From positions 363-64,362 of the forward strand of contig JAFYAH010000051.1 of assembly GCA_017540825.1 (NCBI GenBank): a stretch of DNA of 64,000 nucleotides, in the 5' to 3' direction. The notes beneath the pieces were generated by a model that was not told the origin of the DNA, did not search any database, and worked only from the letters and a program-made list of their open reading frames with translations. Of this stretch, positions 21,201 to 30,462 are shown in pieces (positions within the stretch are counted from its first letter, which is position 1; every line of letters begins with the position of its first letter). The position numbers and the translations under genes are program-made. The DNA comes from Candidatus Methanomethylophilaceae archaeon. GTDB taxonomy: Archaea; Thermoplasmatota; Thermoplasmata; Methanomassiliicoccales; Methanomethylophilaceae.

Positions 21201-23627
21201 CCCCATCTCGCCGGAGTCCAGGAGCTCGAGGACGTGCTGGGCGTTCTTGATGTCCATGTCGTCCTCCATGACCTCCCTGTAGGTCTCCTCTATGACAGGG
21301 ACCCCTTCCATGTCGCCGAGCATCTCCAGCAGATAGGTGGACCTCACCTGCTGCCTGTTTACGGAGATCGGCCTGCCCATGTAGTTCCTGAGGATCATGA
21401 AGCTGCGGGCGGCGGTGTGCCTGAACCTGAGCTTGAATATCTCCGAGTCCTTTAGGGACTTCCTGAGCACCTGCCCCAGCTCGGAGGACTTTATCAGCCC
21501 CGGTATCAGGGACATGTCGAACTTCCTGGGGCATCCGAGCATGAAGCTGTCGTCCGATATGGTCACGGAGACGTTCGCCCCGATCATAGCCGTCATCCTG
21601 TACGCGTACGCGCGGGACAGGGCGTCGTTGACCCTGCGGCCGAACGGGAAGTGGAACACCAGCTTCTGGTTCCCGGAAGGGTCTATGTACTCCTCGACGG
21701 CGAGGTTGTCGCTGTCCGGGATGAACCCTGCTACGGCGTTCTGCTCCCTGAAATACGACAGTATGGACCGGGCCGAGCCCGCGTTGACGTCGAACTCCTC
21801 CGAGATCGCCTTTATCGCCTCGTCGTCGGGCATCCCGATGCGGACGGACATCTCCTTCCTGAACCTGGCGATGTCCATGGACAGATCGAAGCTGCGGGGA
21901 AGCATCTCCCCGGCCCAGGACGGCACGGTTGGCTTCCTGCCGTTGGCCTCCTTCACGTAGGCGGTCATGCCCTTGGAGCGGACGAACTCGAAAGAGCGCC
22001 CTCCGAGGACAAATACGTCCCTGGGCGAGAGCCTCTCTACGAACTTCTCCGAGAGCTCCCCCGCCACCGACCCGTGGCTGGTTATGACGCGGTAGTTGGC
22101 CTCCTCCGGGATGGTCCCCAGGTTCATGAAGTAGATCATGCGGGACCCTTTCTTCTTCCCGAACTGCCTCTCCTCCACATCGTACCAGATCTTGGAGTAC
22201 ACCCCTTCGAAGTCGTCCTTGCTGCCCAGGTATTTGAGGACGCTGTCGAACTCCTCCCTGGAGAGGCTGCGGTAGCAGTAGGCGCCCTTCACCAGAGCGA
22301 AGGCCTCGTCCGTGTCCCACCTCTTGTCCAGGCTCATGCCCACGACCGTCTGGGACAGCACGTCGAGGCAGTTCTCCGGGATCCCCACGCGGTCGACGTC
22401 GCTGCGATGGGCGGCGCGGCACATCACCGCGCACTCCACCAGGTCGTCCGGGTCGAACACCAGGAGGCGGCCCTTGGCTACCTTCCCGAAGCTGTGCCCG
22501 CTCCTCCCTATCCTCTGCAGGCCCTTGGCGACGGACTTGGGGGACCCTATCTGGCACACCAGGTCCACCGACCCGATGTCTATGCCGAGCTCCAGAGAGG
22601 TGGAGGACACGACGCACTTTATCTCGCCGCGCTTGAGGCGCTCCTCCACGTCCAGCCTTATCTCCTTCCCGAGAGAGCTGTGATGGACCTCTATGTTCTC
22701 CAGCCCCCTCTCCTTCAGCTTGTAGACGACGCTCTCGGCCCCGGAGCGGGTGTTGGTGAACACCAGCGTGGTCTCGTGCTGGTCGATGAGCTCCTTGAGA
22801 GTGTCGTACATCATCGAGTTCACGATGTCCGAGGAGAGAGCGGTCATGTCGTTGGCAGGACATATGACCTTCAGGTCCAGCTCCTTCTTCGACCCGGACT
22901 CTATGAGGACCGCGTCCCTCGCCGACCCGTCCGGGTTGCACCCCACCAGGTAGCCCGCTATGGCCTCTATGGGGGCCAGCGTGGCTGAGAGGCCTATGCG
23001 GGTGAAGTCGGTGTCGCAGTGCTCCCTGAGGCGCTCCAGCGTCAGGGACAGGAACGCCCCCCTCTTGGAGTCGCATATGTCGTGTATCTCGTCGAGTATG
23101 ACCCACTCCACCTTCTTGAAGGACTCCTTGAACTTCGGAGCCGCCAGGATGAGGGCGAGGCTCTCGGGGGTGGTGATCAGGATGTGCGGAGGATGGCGGA
23201 CCATCTTCTGTCTGTCCGCCTGGCTCGTGTCGCCCGACCTGACCGCCACCCTTATGTCCGGGACGTTCAGGCCGTGGGCCGCCGCGACCTCCCTCATCTC
23301 AGCCAGAGGGGTGTTCAGGTTGCGGTTCACGTCGTTGGCGAGAGCCTTCAGCGGAGATATGTAGATGCAGTAGACGCGCTCCTCCAGTACCCCTTCCCTG
23401 GCATACCGAGTGAGCTCGTTGATTATGCTTGTGAATGCCGTTAGCGTCTTGCCCGAGCCCGTCGGGGAGGACACCAGGACGCTGCGCCTCTGATGGATTA
23501 CAGGTATGGCTTTGGCCTGCGGTATCGTCAGATCGTCGAACCTCTCGTTGAACCATGTGGAGATGAGAGGCTCCATCATCCCCATTACCTCGTCCTTAGT
23601 GTAGGTTCTATCAATGCGCTCGATCAT
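18264..23627 (-). CDS. lhr: Lhr-family ATP-dependent DEAD/DEAH helicase with an extension of about 900 aa of winged-helix/AlkZ(YcaQ)-like modules.
   Basis: SF2 motifs SSPTGSGKTLTAF, LDEIHD, SATL. DEAD_assoc-like region follows. The C-terminal half has repeated wHTH/YcaQ-like segments. Start chosen at ATG 23627 (MIERIDR...), 33 nt downstream of a TTTATATC box. Confidence 0.8.
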   Translation of the reverse strand: MIERIDRTYTKDEVMGMMEPLISTWFNERFDDLTIPQAKAIPVIHQRRSVLVSSPTGSGKTLTAFTSIINELTRYAREGVLEERVYCIYISPLKALANDVNRNLNTPLAEMREVAAAHGLNVPDIRVAVRSGDTSQADRQKMVRHPPHILITTPESLALILAAPKFKESFKKVEWVILDEIHDICDSKRGAFLSLTLERLREHCDTDFTRIGLSATLAPIEAIAGYLVGCNPDGSARDAVLIESGSKKELDLKVICPANDMTALSSDIVNSMMYDTLKELIDQHETTLVFTNTRSGAESVVYKLKERGLENIEVHHSSLGKEIRLDVEERLKRGEIKCVVSSTSLELGIDIGSVDLVCQIGSPKSVAKGLQRIGRSGHSFGKVAKGRLLVFDPDDLVECAVMCRAAHRSDVDRVGIPENCLDVLSQTVVGMSLDKRWDTDEAFALVKGAYCYRSLSREEFDSVLKYLGSKDDFEGVYSKIWYDVEERQFGKKKGSRMIYFMNLGTIPEEANYRVITSHGSVAGELSEKFVERLSPRDVFVLGGRSFEFVRSKGMTAYVKEANGRKPTVPSWAGEMLPRSFDLSMDIARFRKEMSVRIGMPDDEAIKAISEEFDVNAGSARSILSYFREQNAVAGFIPDSDNLAVEEYIDPSGNQKLVFHFPFGRRVNDALSRAYAYRMTAMIGANVSVTISDDSFMLGCPRKFDMSLIPGLIKSSELGQVLRKSLKDSEIFKLRFRHTAARSFMILRNYMGRPISVNRQQVRSTYLLEMLGDMEGVPVIEETYREVMEDDMDIKNAQHVLELLDSGEMGVRLISYTGTPSPFAHSAILSGFSDIVLMEDRSALLRELHRKVLYRALGDSVSEFEFTEDQIIPYYAQKTPRIASKEDIPKLLMRTGPLQAIRERGRNIYTYTDEDKKVVDGWVRELLEEGEISTVYMDDVHIMASSEAPYYAAATRKERTLSDIDEDVLRRVGDGATVSEIAGDLEASDDVVLRSLRKLESMYKVARVDVDGHGKWTFARVEYPEIDRKAAVDRIVLRYLDCFAPATVQEAAFALSLPDDEAMASLESLTAAEEVSKGRFLISENDQYMLKLDHMRLRSGKKNVFDYDTVERYRLSKGASFPDIRSYFDFYGTAGSELDVYNRVEGFDLEEWYSMRESGELLLGRFVRGKVRYVLKDEGDRYASMRREEIQPADLELLKTIEGMGRATTRQLAAATGMDKGALKDAVSRLDRSLLIIRDFDEREDWGTENTYAAYHPSDPGGDPPSELLARAIRAYGPIPSSALRFLVDLPMDVIESMAPGLGAEAITVGEGQAQMLVMSDEIPNLENVPQKDFPLKVIALSDPDIGSKWAEIAARYGDKWIYPLVSGNVVRGALEMWEMSGCIEIRAMDLDSPDLLPEALAAIDRMMGYFNMKGVDIVRIREVLSTDAGQLGDEMRSALESAGYVLVNGFYAKGRFEPWTMTINDMLGYVLYKQRIAKGVRYQSVSDLVEDRGYIRGDQELAIRVNERTTMKSQLEKGTVVKMTLSPPYQGYTDMDHAVLYRAEKAVELDETLRNVLRIIKDRQPVSKKDVVSQSMYSAERTSEAIAELSKGSVLYQDESNMYNVVPMLDMDRMDAAKEIAKMHFRSFGVFSAEGLSSFLSVRMAQVRKTLKALEDEGFLKKGFFLRDDPVLRWMIAEDVGNRPGRFTEQFLLNTQDNLHIYLRAFLKDEVESSKAVVFSGTRVVGSFKGKVCYTGAKVEDFQGSDRALRILREAAQSAGVSLETERQREDDDWDVSEFYVKVNPGA

Positions 23628-23660
23628 CAGACCACAAATGCTTAGCCCATGATGAAAATC

Positions 23661-23668
23661 GATATAAA
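23661..23668 (-). promoter_or_regulatory. TATA box of the lhr gene.
   Basis: Minus strand reads CGAAAACGTTTATATCGATTTTC. Confidence 0.35.
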
Positions 23669-23914
23669 CGTTTTCGATGCCGCGGAACGCTTCAAGTCGG
23701 ATTACTGCGGAGATAACAGGGATCGACCGAATGGGCACGGCTCTTTATCGAAACGCGCATGAGGATCAAACCCCTCGCTTCTGGACAGCGCCTTGGATGG
23801 ACGCTGCCGCATTCTTGACTTCGTTCGTCCATGTCGACCGCTCGGACATTGGCGACCTATTGTCGTGCGCGCACGGTGCCCCATTCATATCGTCCTCCCG
23901 CAGATGGGGCTGGC

Positions 23915-25201
23915 ATGGTCGAGGAACACGATGGGCCCCGCTTGAACGTGGACGGGCTGTCGAAAGCAGTCCTGAGGGACTCGAAGGTCCTCTCGCGCAT
24001 AATAGCCGAGACGGTCGACGAGGCCGAAGGCCTGAGCCTCGAGGAGATAGAGGCAGGACTGCCGCTGGAGGAAGACGGACGGACGGTCAGGACGCTCCAG
24101 CCCGAGCTCTCCACTGGGTTCGGGCTGATCGTGTACGACATCCTCGTCGAGGTGGCCCTCAGAGGGCAAAGGGTGCTGGTGAACGTGGAAGCCCAAGGGA
24201 AGGTCGATAAGGGCATGGCATGCAGGCAGGCTATCTACCAGCAGGGTCTGCGCTGGTACCAGCGTTTCGTCATGGGAAGGGATTACGAGAGCCTGATCCC
24301 CGCCTACAGCATATGGGTCGTCATGAACCCTGGCAGGAGGCTCAGGAACACGGTCCTGCGCCACCTCTCCCCTGATTACATCGAAGGGGAGGACGGAAGA
24401 TACGTGGTAGCCCCGAGGACATGCGGCGGAAGGATCGTGGAGATCAACGTCGGCGACCCTTGGAAAGCGAGGAAGGGCGTGCTGAAGCTGGCCGGCGCAT
24501 GCTTCAGAGACGGGATGCCGCTGCGGAAGCGTGCCGAATTCCTCAAGAACCGTTTTAATATCGATCTGTACGATGGGTACTATAGGAGCGAGATATGCAT
24601 GTTCGCGACGCTTAACGAAGACTACATCGAGGGCGTGAGGATGTCCGCGATGGAGGACGGCAAAGACGAGGGAAGAGCAGAAGGCATAGCGGAAGGGAGG
24701 GCCGAAGGGAGGGCCGAAGAGATGTCGAGGAAGGTCTCGGAGTATGCGGAGACCGTCCTCAGCGTGGCGAAGGCCGGCGGATGGACGCTCGAAGAGGCCA
24801 TGTCCATCGCCAAAGTGCCTGAAACGATAATTGACGACGTCAGGAGAGCCGCTTCGAACCGTATGAAGGATGGATCGGATGACGGCGCGCGAAGCTCCGG
24901 CCTTCTCGCACGAAAAAATAATAGGGTGCCCGGCTGTACTCCTGCGCATGAGGCCCTTCGGTTTCGCCCTGACGCTGTTCTTTGCCGCGGCGCTTATGCT
25001 AGCGGCTTCCCCCTGCATCGTCGCAGACGATGCGCAGGACAACGTCACTCTGGAGGGCTACGTCTCGAGCGTCATCAAAGGGAGCACCACCTACCTCAAA
25101 GGGGCGGAGATCGTCGCAGCCGGAACCGACGGCACCACATACAAGGCGATCACGAACGACGGCGGGATGTTCATCCTGTCCTGCCCTCCCGGCGTCTATG
25201 A
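23915..25201 (+). CDS. Rpn-family recombination-promoting nuclease / putative transposase (PD-(D/E)XK, YhgA-like).
   Basis: DILVEVALRGQRVLVNVEAQGKVDKGMACRQAIYQ core, and a C-terminal EGRAEGIAEGRAEGRAEE repeat typical of Rpn proteins. The reading frame runs about 100 codons past the expected end and overlaps the next gene. Confidence 0.65.
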   Translation: MVEEHDGPRLNVDGLSKAVLRDSKVLSRIIAETVDEAEGLSLEEIEAGLPLEEDGRTVRTLQPELSTGFGLIVYDILVEVALRGQRVLVNVEAQGKVDKGMACRQAIYQQGLRWYQRFVMGRDYESLIPAYSIWVVMNPGRRLRNTVLRHLSPDYIEGEDGRYVVAPRTCGGRIVEINVGDPWKARKGVLKLAGACFRDGMPLRKRAEFLKNRFNIDLYDGYYRSEICMFATLNEDYIEGVRMSAMEDGKDEGRAEGIAEGRAEGRAEEMSRKVSEYAETVLSVAKAGGWTLEEAMSIAKVPETIIDDVRRAASNRMKDGSDDGARSSGLLARKNNRVPGCTPAHEALRFRPDAVLCRGAYASGFPLHRRRRCAGQRHSGGLRLERHQREHHLPQRGGDRRSRNRRHHIQGDHERRRDVHPVLPSRRL

Positions 25202-25532
25202 GGTGACGACGAAATGCGGCGGGTTCGAAAAGGTCGTCCTGAATAACGTGATAGCAGGGACCGGGCCCATAGAGATAAGCATGGAGCTCAGAGACACCTC
25301 GGTGGTATGGGGGCTGGATGTGCCCCACACCCTCGAGATTGCCGGCATAGTCGTCGTGCTCATCACTCTGGCGATAGGGGCCGTGATGATCCGCGTCCTC
25401 CGCAAGTCCCCCGACGTCACCGTCATCGACGACGCCGACGACCCCATGGTCGAGCTGGAAGACCTGGATGAGCTCGAGGACGAGTACGAGGACGAGGACT
25501 ACGTCTACGACGAGGACGTCAAGGAGTCCTGA
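24948..25532 (+). CDS. Membrane-anchored protein with a carboxypeptidase-regulatory-like (CarboxypepD_reg) domain and an acidic tail.
   Basis: Signal peptide MRPFGFALTLFFAAALMLAASP. LEGYV...GAEIVAAGTDGTTYKAITNDGGMFILSCPPGVYEV beta-sandwich signature, then a TM helix and a poly-D/E C-terminus. Confidence 0.6.
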   Translation: MRPFGFALTLFFAAALMLAASPCIVADDAQDNVTLEGYVSSVIKGSTTYLKGAEIVAAGTDGTTYKAITNDGGMFILSCPPGVYEVTTKCGGFEKVVLNNVIAGTGPIEISMELRDTSVVWGLDVPHTLEIAGIVVVLITLAIGAVMIRVLRKSPDVTVIDDADDPMVELEDLDELEDEYEDEDYVYDEDVKES

Positions 25533-26088
25533 CCAGGGACCTCCTGACCTTCTCGTACAGGCTGTTGCCCTCCGAGTCCATCGCCACTATGAGTGGCCCC
25601 AGCCTCTCTGCGTCGAAGCGCCACATCGCTTCGGCCATCCCCAGGTCCAGCCATTCGACACCGGTGCACCTCTTGAGGCCCTCGGCCATCGATATCGCCG
25701 CGCCGCCGGTCGCCGCCAGATACACGCATCCGACCTCCTTCATCGCGGCGGAGACCTCTTCCGACATTCCGCCCTTGCCTATTATGGCGCGGATGCGGAA
25801 CCTGCGTATCATCTCGGGCTCCAGCTTGTTCATCCTCGCCGAGGTCGTGGGCCCTGCCGCGACGACGCTCCACGACCCGTCGTCCCTCTGGACCATGATG
25901 GGCCCGCAATGGAACAGCACCGACTCCTCTATGTCTTTAGGAACATCCGCCCCCTCCTCGGAGAGCTTCAAGGCGCGGACGTGCATCTCGTCGCGTCCCG
26001 TTATCACGTTCCCGTACACGTACACTGTCTCTCCGAGCTTCAACGCCCTTGCGTCCGCTTCCGAAAGAGGCGCTCTGAGCGGCTTCAT
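25519..26088 (-). CDS. Class I fumarate hydratase (or tartrate dehydratase) beta subunit.
   Basis: 189 aa from MKPLRAPLSEADARALKLGETVYVYGNVITGRDEMH...IIGKGGMS. ATGA overlap with the alpha subunit gene. Confidence 0.85.
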   Translation of the reverse strand: MKPLRAPLSEADARALKLGETVYVYGNVITGRDEMHVRALKLSEEGADVPKDIEESVLFHCGPIMVQRDDGSWSVVAAGPTTSARMNKLEPEMIRRFRIRAIIGKGGMSEEVSAAMKEVGCVYLAATGGAAISMAEGLKRCTGVEWLDLGMAEAMWRFDAERLGPLIVAMDSEGNSLYEKVRRSLVRTP

Positions 26089-26954
26089 ATCTCCGCCCCC
26101 TGGGAGTACACCACGCCGTCGGAGGTTATCCTCGCCGACGCGCGGCGGGTCGCCCAGCACCCTATGTTGACCGCCACCGGCAGGCTGGCCGTGTGGCATG
26201 CGGCTTTCCTTGCCTTCACCCCGAGCACGGTGGTCGCTCCGCCGAGGCCCATCGGCCCCAGCCCGGACGAGTTCAGGGCTATGAACAGCTCCTCCTCCAG
26301 CTTGGAGAGGACCGGATCCGAGTTCTCGGAGTCCAGCGGGGACAGGAGAGCCTCCTTCGCCATCTCCACGCACCTGTCGGAGGTCCCGCCTATCCCTACC
26401 CCAACTATGGACGGGGGGCAGGGCCTCCCTCCGGCGTCAAGGACGGAGTCCACCACGAACCTCTTCACCCCTTCGATCCCGTCTGCGGGGTTCAGCATCC
26501 CCAGACGGGTCATGTTCTCGGATCCGGCCCCCTTCGGGAGGACGGAGATCTCCGTGAAGTCGTCTTCCGTGGGGATGTAATGGATCAGCGGCATCCCCTG
26601 CCCTAGGTTGGATCCTTGGTTCTCGCGGGTCAGCGGGTCCACGGTGTTCGGCCTCAGCGGGACAATCTTGGTGGCCCTCTCCACGCCTGCGGCTATCTTC
26701 CCTGCGATGGACGAGTCGAAGCGACCTTTCACGTAGAAAACGGGTATGCCGGTGTCCTGGCACATCGGCAGGCCCAGATGCTCGGCTTTCTTCACGTTCT
26801 CCATGATGGCTCCCAGCTGGGTGCAAGCGATCTCTCCCGTCTCCCATCCGGCAGCGGCCTCCAGGGCCCATCCTATATCTGCAGGAAGCTTGGTATTGGC
26901 CAGGCGGAGAAGCTTGACCACCACATCTTCCACCGGCTCAGGCAGCGTCTTCAT
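26085..26954 (-). CDS. Class I fumarate hydratase alpha subunit.
   Basis: 289 aa from MKTLPEPVED. Has LPMCQDTGIPVFYVK and VGVGIGGTSD motifs. The track ORF 26085..27734 is a spurious 5' extension. Confidence 0.85.
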   Translation of the reverse strand: MKTLPEPVEDVVVKLLRLANTKLPADIGWALEAAAGWETGEIACTQLGAIMENVKKAEHLGLPMCQDTGIPVFYVKGRFDSSIAGKIAAGVERATKIVPLRPNTVDPLTRENQGSNLGQGMPLIHYIPTEDDFTEISVLPKGAGSENMTRLGMLNPADGIEGVKRFVVDSVLDAGGRPCPPSIVGVGIGGTSDRCVEMAKEALLSPLDSENSDPVLSKLEEELFIALNSSGLGPMGLGGATTVLGVKARKAACHTASLPVAVNIGCWATRRASARITSDGVVYSQGAEI

Positions 26955-27085
26955 AAGAATGCATATCCGTATGCTGTAAAAACATAGCCCCCGGTTCCGT
27001 CGCACACCCGTTTCCCGATACCGGAACAAGAGCTGACGCCCTGATGCCGAAGCGCGAGGTCTCTCCTGTCCGGAATCGCAAAAGA

Positions 27086-28794
27086 TCATGATGCGAGACC
27101 GGACCTGGTGAACCCCTTGGGCGTGACCACCGAGACCCTCTTCCCCCTTATCCCCACGGCCACCCAGACGACCTTCCCGTCGAGCGGCTTCGATGCGTAT
27201 CCCTTCTCCTCGATCTGGGCCTGGGCGGCGTCGGCGGAGATCTCCGGTATCGCCTTGGACGAGGTCTTTATCTCCATGGCCAGGGCGGGCGCCCCGCCGC
27301 TGCCGGGGACGAACACGTCGCACCTGCCGAACCCCTTGGGGGCCTCCTCGGAGGCCGCCATGCCTGCGGCCCTCATCGCCGACGAGATCGCGTTCTTGTA
27401 CCTGTCGTGGGCCTCCCTGCCGTCGCCGGCCCACCCGGAGTCCATGGATATGCCGCCGAGGACGAACTGGATGTCGTCGCGTATCGCCGCCGGGTCCCCC
27501 GAGAGGAAGTGCCCCCTCATGTCCCTGCGCAGCTCCCTCGCGCGACTGGTCGCCCTGCCCACCAGGGACTCGAAGGCGGGGGATATCTCGCGGTTCACCA
27601 TGCCGACGTCGTAGAGCTCGTCCTCCGCCGCCGTCATGAGGCCCGTGGGGTCGGCCCTCACGTACCCGCACATCGCAAGGTACGAGTAGACCAGGGCCGG
27701 GTCCGCGTCCTCCTCCAGCAGGTCGGGGAACCACAGGAACTCCCTCAGCGGGCAGCGGACCTTTGACGAGGGGTCCTCGTAGAGGCCCTTCAGCTCCTGC
27801 AGGGCGATGCCGTCCAGCCTGCCGATGAGGTCGGCGGACATGCCGGCCCCCGTGGAGCCGTCCCAGTACTTCCTCGCGGCGCGGCCTCCCTTGAGGTACT
27901 TCACCACGCTGTATGGGTTGTACACCTCCTTTCCCCCGAACCTGTAGCCGTCGTACCAGTCGCGTATCTCCTCCATCACCCCGGGGAGGTCGTTCCCGGT
28001 CTCCGCGAGCAGCCGCTCCACCTCCCCCGCGGTGAACCCGAAGTGCTCGTCCCCCTCGTGGCTGAAAATGTCGCAGACGACAGGGTTGTTGAAGCTCTGA
28101 GCATCCCCGCCTTGGCGAGGGGCATTATGCCGGTGACCACCCCCGTGCGCATGTGAGTATTGGTCTTGAACGTCTGCTCCATGAACGGCCTTATGCTATT
28201 GACTATGCCGTCATACAGATCCTGGTCAGACAGACCCTGGACACAGCGATCGTATTCGTCCACGAACAGCATGACCTTCCTACCATACGCATTGTCTAGG
28301 ATTTCGCACATATCCGCAACAGCGCAGTTCAAAGCCATCCCTTTCAGACCTCCGTCTGCGCATTTTCTCAGCCTGCGAGCATCGTCTTCGTTGAGTGCAT
28401 CAGGCGATATGGCCCTCCGTACCCTTGTAGCGATCAAAGACACCAGGTCCGATAGGCTCTCGCGAAACTCATCAACAGAGAATGAGGAAAGCCTGCTGAA
28501 GTCCATCCTTATCACAGGGTAGGCGTTCCTGTGCTCCGCGCATTCAGGGCATTCTTTCGTTATGCGCCTCCCCGCGAACATGTCGGGAGAGCCCCTGTAG
28601 TCTATGTTGAAGAAGTAGTCGAGCATGGACAGGTTCACGCTCTTCCCGAACCTGCGCGGGCGGGTGTAGAGGATGACCTTGTCCTCCGCCTCGCAGACGT
28701 CACGGATCATCATGGTCTTGTCCACGAAGCAGTACCCCTTGGTGACCATCTCCCCGTAGTCCTTCACCCCGTCCGGGTACTTCACCGCCGCCAT
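27086..28794 (-). pseudogene. DUF1703 family (AAA-ATPase_like plus PDDEXK_9) gene with a single frameshift.
   Basis: ORFs 27976..28794 and 27086..28021 are the two halves. Shifting one nucleotide near 28096..28100 restores ...GIMPLAKAGML-SFNNPVVCDIFSHEGDEHFGFTAGEVERLLAETGNDLPGVMEEIRDWYDGYRF, colinear with the intact paralog at 44471..46117. Confidence 0.8.
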
Positions 28795-29144
28795 GCCCGA
28801 ATACTCCCCGTGTAAGCGTATAAATGTTCCGCGTGCGCGTCGTCAGCGCCTTTCGTAGCGTGGGCGCGCTGTTTTTAGCGATGCGTTTCGAGCGAAGAAC
28901 GGTGCCCAGGATTGCCCAGGCCTTTCGCCAGACGGCGAGGGAGATGCACCCTTCGTCCGGCGCGGTCGCCGGAATGTCCGAATGAGCGCGCTAGCAGGCA
29001 TAGAGCCCCGTTCCGTCGACCGCCTCCCGCCACAAAGAATAGAGACCGGCCTTCCGCTCCAGACCCTGCACCGGGTGGCAAAGGGGCCCGGCCTAAGCCG
29101 ATGCCGCGTCCTCGGACGCCTGCGACGTATCCTGGCGCGGATGG

Positions 29145-30173
29145 TCAGGGGACGAGGTAAAGGACGTCGTCTATGGAGACCACCTTCACGGTCTCTCCCG
29201 CCTCGAAGCCCTCCGGGACCTTCAGGTCCACTGTGGAGTAGTTGCTGGGGTGGAGCACCTGTATCTCGGATCCGGACCTGTCTATGACGGTGGCGTCCAT
29301 GAGGTCGGAGCGCTTCGCGTAGATCCTCAGGTCCTCCATATCGGCCCTCCTGACGGCCCTCTCCCTGAAATTCAGGAGGTCCAGCACGCGGCCTCCGATG
29401 CCGGAGACGCTGGTGAGCTTGCAGTGCCTGCCCTCGCAGACGACGACGTCGCCGACATGGTATTCCGGGAGGCGGACCAGGTACGTCAGCCTGTACATGT
29501 CCTGCCCGTCGGATGTCTGCCCGACCAGCTTGGGGGACTCCTTGGTCTCGGCGCAGTACTCCTCGGACAGCTCCTTGGCCAGGGACTTCCCGAGGGATAT
29601 CGACGACAGGTAGACGTCCACCCCTCCGGGGACCGCCTCGGCCTTGGTTATGAACAGCTGCTTGTTGTTGGCCGCCTGCCTCTCCACCGACTCCACGACC
29701 ATCGCGAGCGCCTCGTCCCTCAGCGCAGGGTCCAGCTCCTTGGCGCCCGAGCGGATCTGGAGTATGGACGTGTAGTAGCTGCCCAGCTTCCTGGAGCAGG
29801 GCTTGCAGACGCTGTTCTTTATGCGCACTATGGTTGTCGCCTTGTCCTCGACCCTGTGGCCCATGACGTCCAGCTCCGTCCATACGCTGACCGTGTACAC
29901 CCTCGGGTCGTTCTCCTCCGCGGAGGCGCTCTGGTCGACGTAGGAAGCGTCCCTGATGATCCCCCTGGCTCCGAGGGCCGCCTTGATGACGGCGTCCTCC
30001 GTGTCCGTGCGGAACCACCTCTCCCCGATGCAGTACTCGCCGCAGTTGGTGCAGACCTTCAGGTCCACGTGGTGAGGGAGCGTGGTCAGCCTGCGCCCGT
30101 CCAGCCAGCAGTCGATGCACATCCCTTCGAGGGACTCCTCGCAGTCGCGGCCGCACTTCACGCAGAAGTTCAC
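29145..30173 (-). CDS. NMD3 family protein (archaeal 60S-export NMD3 homolog).
   Basis: N-terminal Cys clusters FCVKCGRDCEESLEGMCIDCW...CTNCGEY, then the NMD3 body. GTG start 30173 forms a GTGA overlap with the DUF424 stop. Confidence 0.8.
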   Translation of the reverse strand: MNFCVKCGRDCEESLEGMCIDCWLDGRRLTTLPHHVDLKVCTNCGEYCIGERWFRTDTEDAVIKAALGARGIIRDASYVDQSASAEENDPRVYTVSVWTELDVMGHRVEDKATTIVRIKNSVCKPCSRKLGSYYTSILQIRSGAKELDPALRDEALAMVVESVERQAANNKQLFITKAEAVPGGVDVYLSSISLGKSLAKELSEEYCAETKESPKLVGQTSDGQDMYRLTYLVRLPEYHVGDVVVCEGRHCKLTSVSGIGGRVLDLLNFRERAVRRADMEDLRIYAKRSDLMDATVIDRSGSEIQVLHPSNYSTVDLKVPEGFEAGETVKVVSIDDVLYLVP

Positions 30174-30460
30174 ATGACCACCACCATGAGGTACATCACG
30201 CCGCCTATCTCGAACGCCTGCCCGGGCTCGGCGTAGCCTTCCCGTATGGCCAGCGAGACGACCCTGTTGCCGACCAGGTTCATGGACGCGGCGGACCTCA
30301 TCCATGCCGCCAGCTCCTCCTCGTCTATCGGGACGCCCTTGTAGAACGCCTCGGCCACGGTCATCTTCCTGCCGCCGCCCTCCAGGGTCGCGCCCAGGAC
30401 GTCTTTGTCGCATGCCGCGAGGATCGTGTCCCCGCCCATCTTGTGCATCCTTGCGAACAT
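30170..30460 (-). CDS. DUF424 domain protein.
   Basis: 96 aa. ILAACDKDVLGATLEGGGRKMTVAEAFYKGVPIDEEEL...NLVGNRVV matches the DUF424 pattern. It starts 2 nt after the MCM stop. Confidence 0.7.
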   Translation of the reverse strand: MFARMHKMGGDTILAACDKDVLGATLEGGGRKMTVAEAFYKGVPIDEEELAAWMRSAASMNLVGNRVVSLAIREGYAEPGQAFEIGGVMYLMVVVM

Positions 30461-30462
30461 GG

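Noticed and set aside
28795-29144. SRP (7S) RNA or RNase P RNA in the long GC-rich spacer.
   Set aside because: There is no GGAA/AGCA helix-8 motif set and no GAGGAAAGUCC (CR-I) in the proper position. Only a vague GGCGAAAGGCCUGGGC similarity is present. The region is kept as an unexplained finding only.
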